DNA of 7,055 bases, from NCBI RefSeq assembly GCF_006345805.1, contig NW_021829003.1:1-7055 (forward strand), in the 5' to 3' direction. The position numbers were made by a program, and so were the translations under genes. The notes under the pieces were generated by a model that was not told the origin of the DNA, made no database searches, and saw only the letters and a program-made list of their open reading frames with translations. Shown here piece by piece: positions 6,942 through 7,055 of the stretch (within the stretch, counting starts at the first letter, position 1; each line of letters starts with the position of its first letter). Origin of the DNA: Octopus sinensis. Taxonomy: Eukaryota.

Positions 6942-7055
6942 CTACCGCATCGACTGGCCTCCGTGCTGTGGGCACGTAACAAACACCATCCGAGCGTGGC
7001 CGTCTGCCAGCCTCGTCTGGCACTGTGTCGGTGGCACATAAAATCACCCACTACA
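6942..7055 (+). mobile_element. Upstream portion of a family C interspersed repeat, cut by the window edge
   Basis: The last ~25 nt match the reverse complement of ~5291-5315. It has an internal duplicated motif, GGCACGTAACAAACACC / GGCACATAAAATCACC. Confidence 0.65.

Noticed and set aside
1-7055. CRISPR array, rRNA or genuine tRNA genes
   Set aside because: There is no repeat-spacer periodicity. The tRNA-like segments are SINE heads that lack a full cloverleaf.

Overview
AT-rich, non-coding-looking metazoan DNA made almost entirely of nested transposable elements and microsatellites. The SINE families match my recollection of Octopus (coleoid cephalopod) repeats; this is unverified. No host gene is supported, and most listed ORFs are spurious or off-frame. 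Main content, left to right: (1) a decayed Penelope-like retroelement on the minus strand (RT-thumb plus C-terminal GIY-YIG remnant, 2594-3570). Its probable 3' end carries a hammerhead-ribozyme-like motif (~974-1023) and is interrupted by a 501-bp non-autonomous Helitron. (2) A 205-bp fold-back MITE. (3) A complete 521-bp miniature LTR retroelement (TRIM-like) with both LTRs, a tRNA-Ser(GCU) primer-binding site and a polypurine tract, inserted in (TA)n. (4) Several tRNA-derived SINEs. (5) A 336-bp RTE-clade LINE insertion with a 14-bp target-site duplication and a 5' inversion with twin-priming hallmarks. The TRIM, the inverted RTE and the hammerhead candidate are the most interesting observations.
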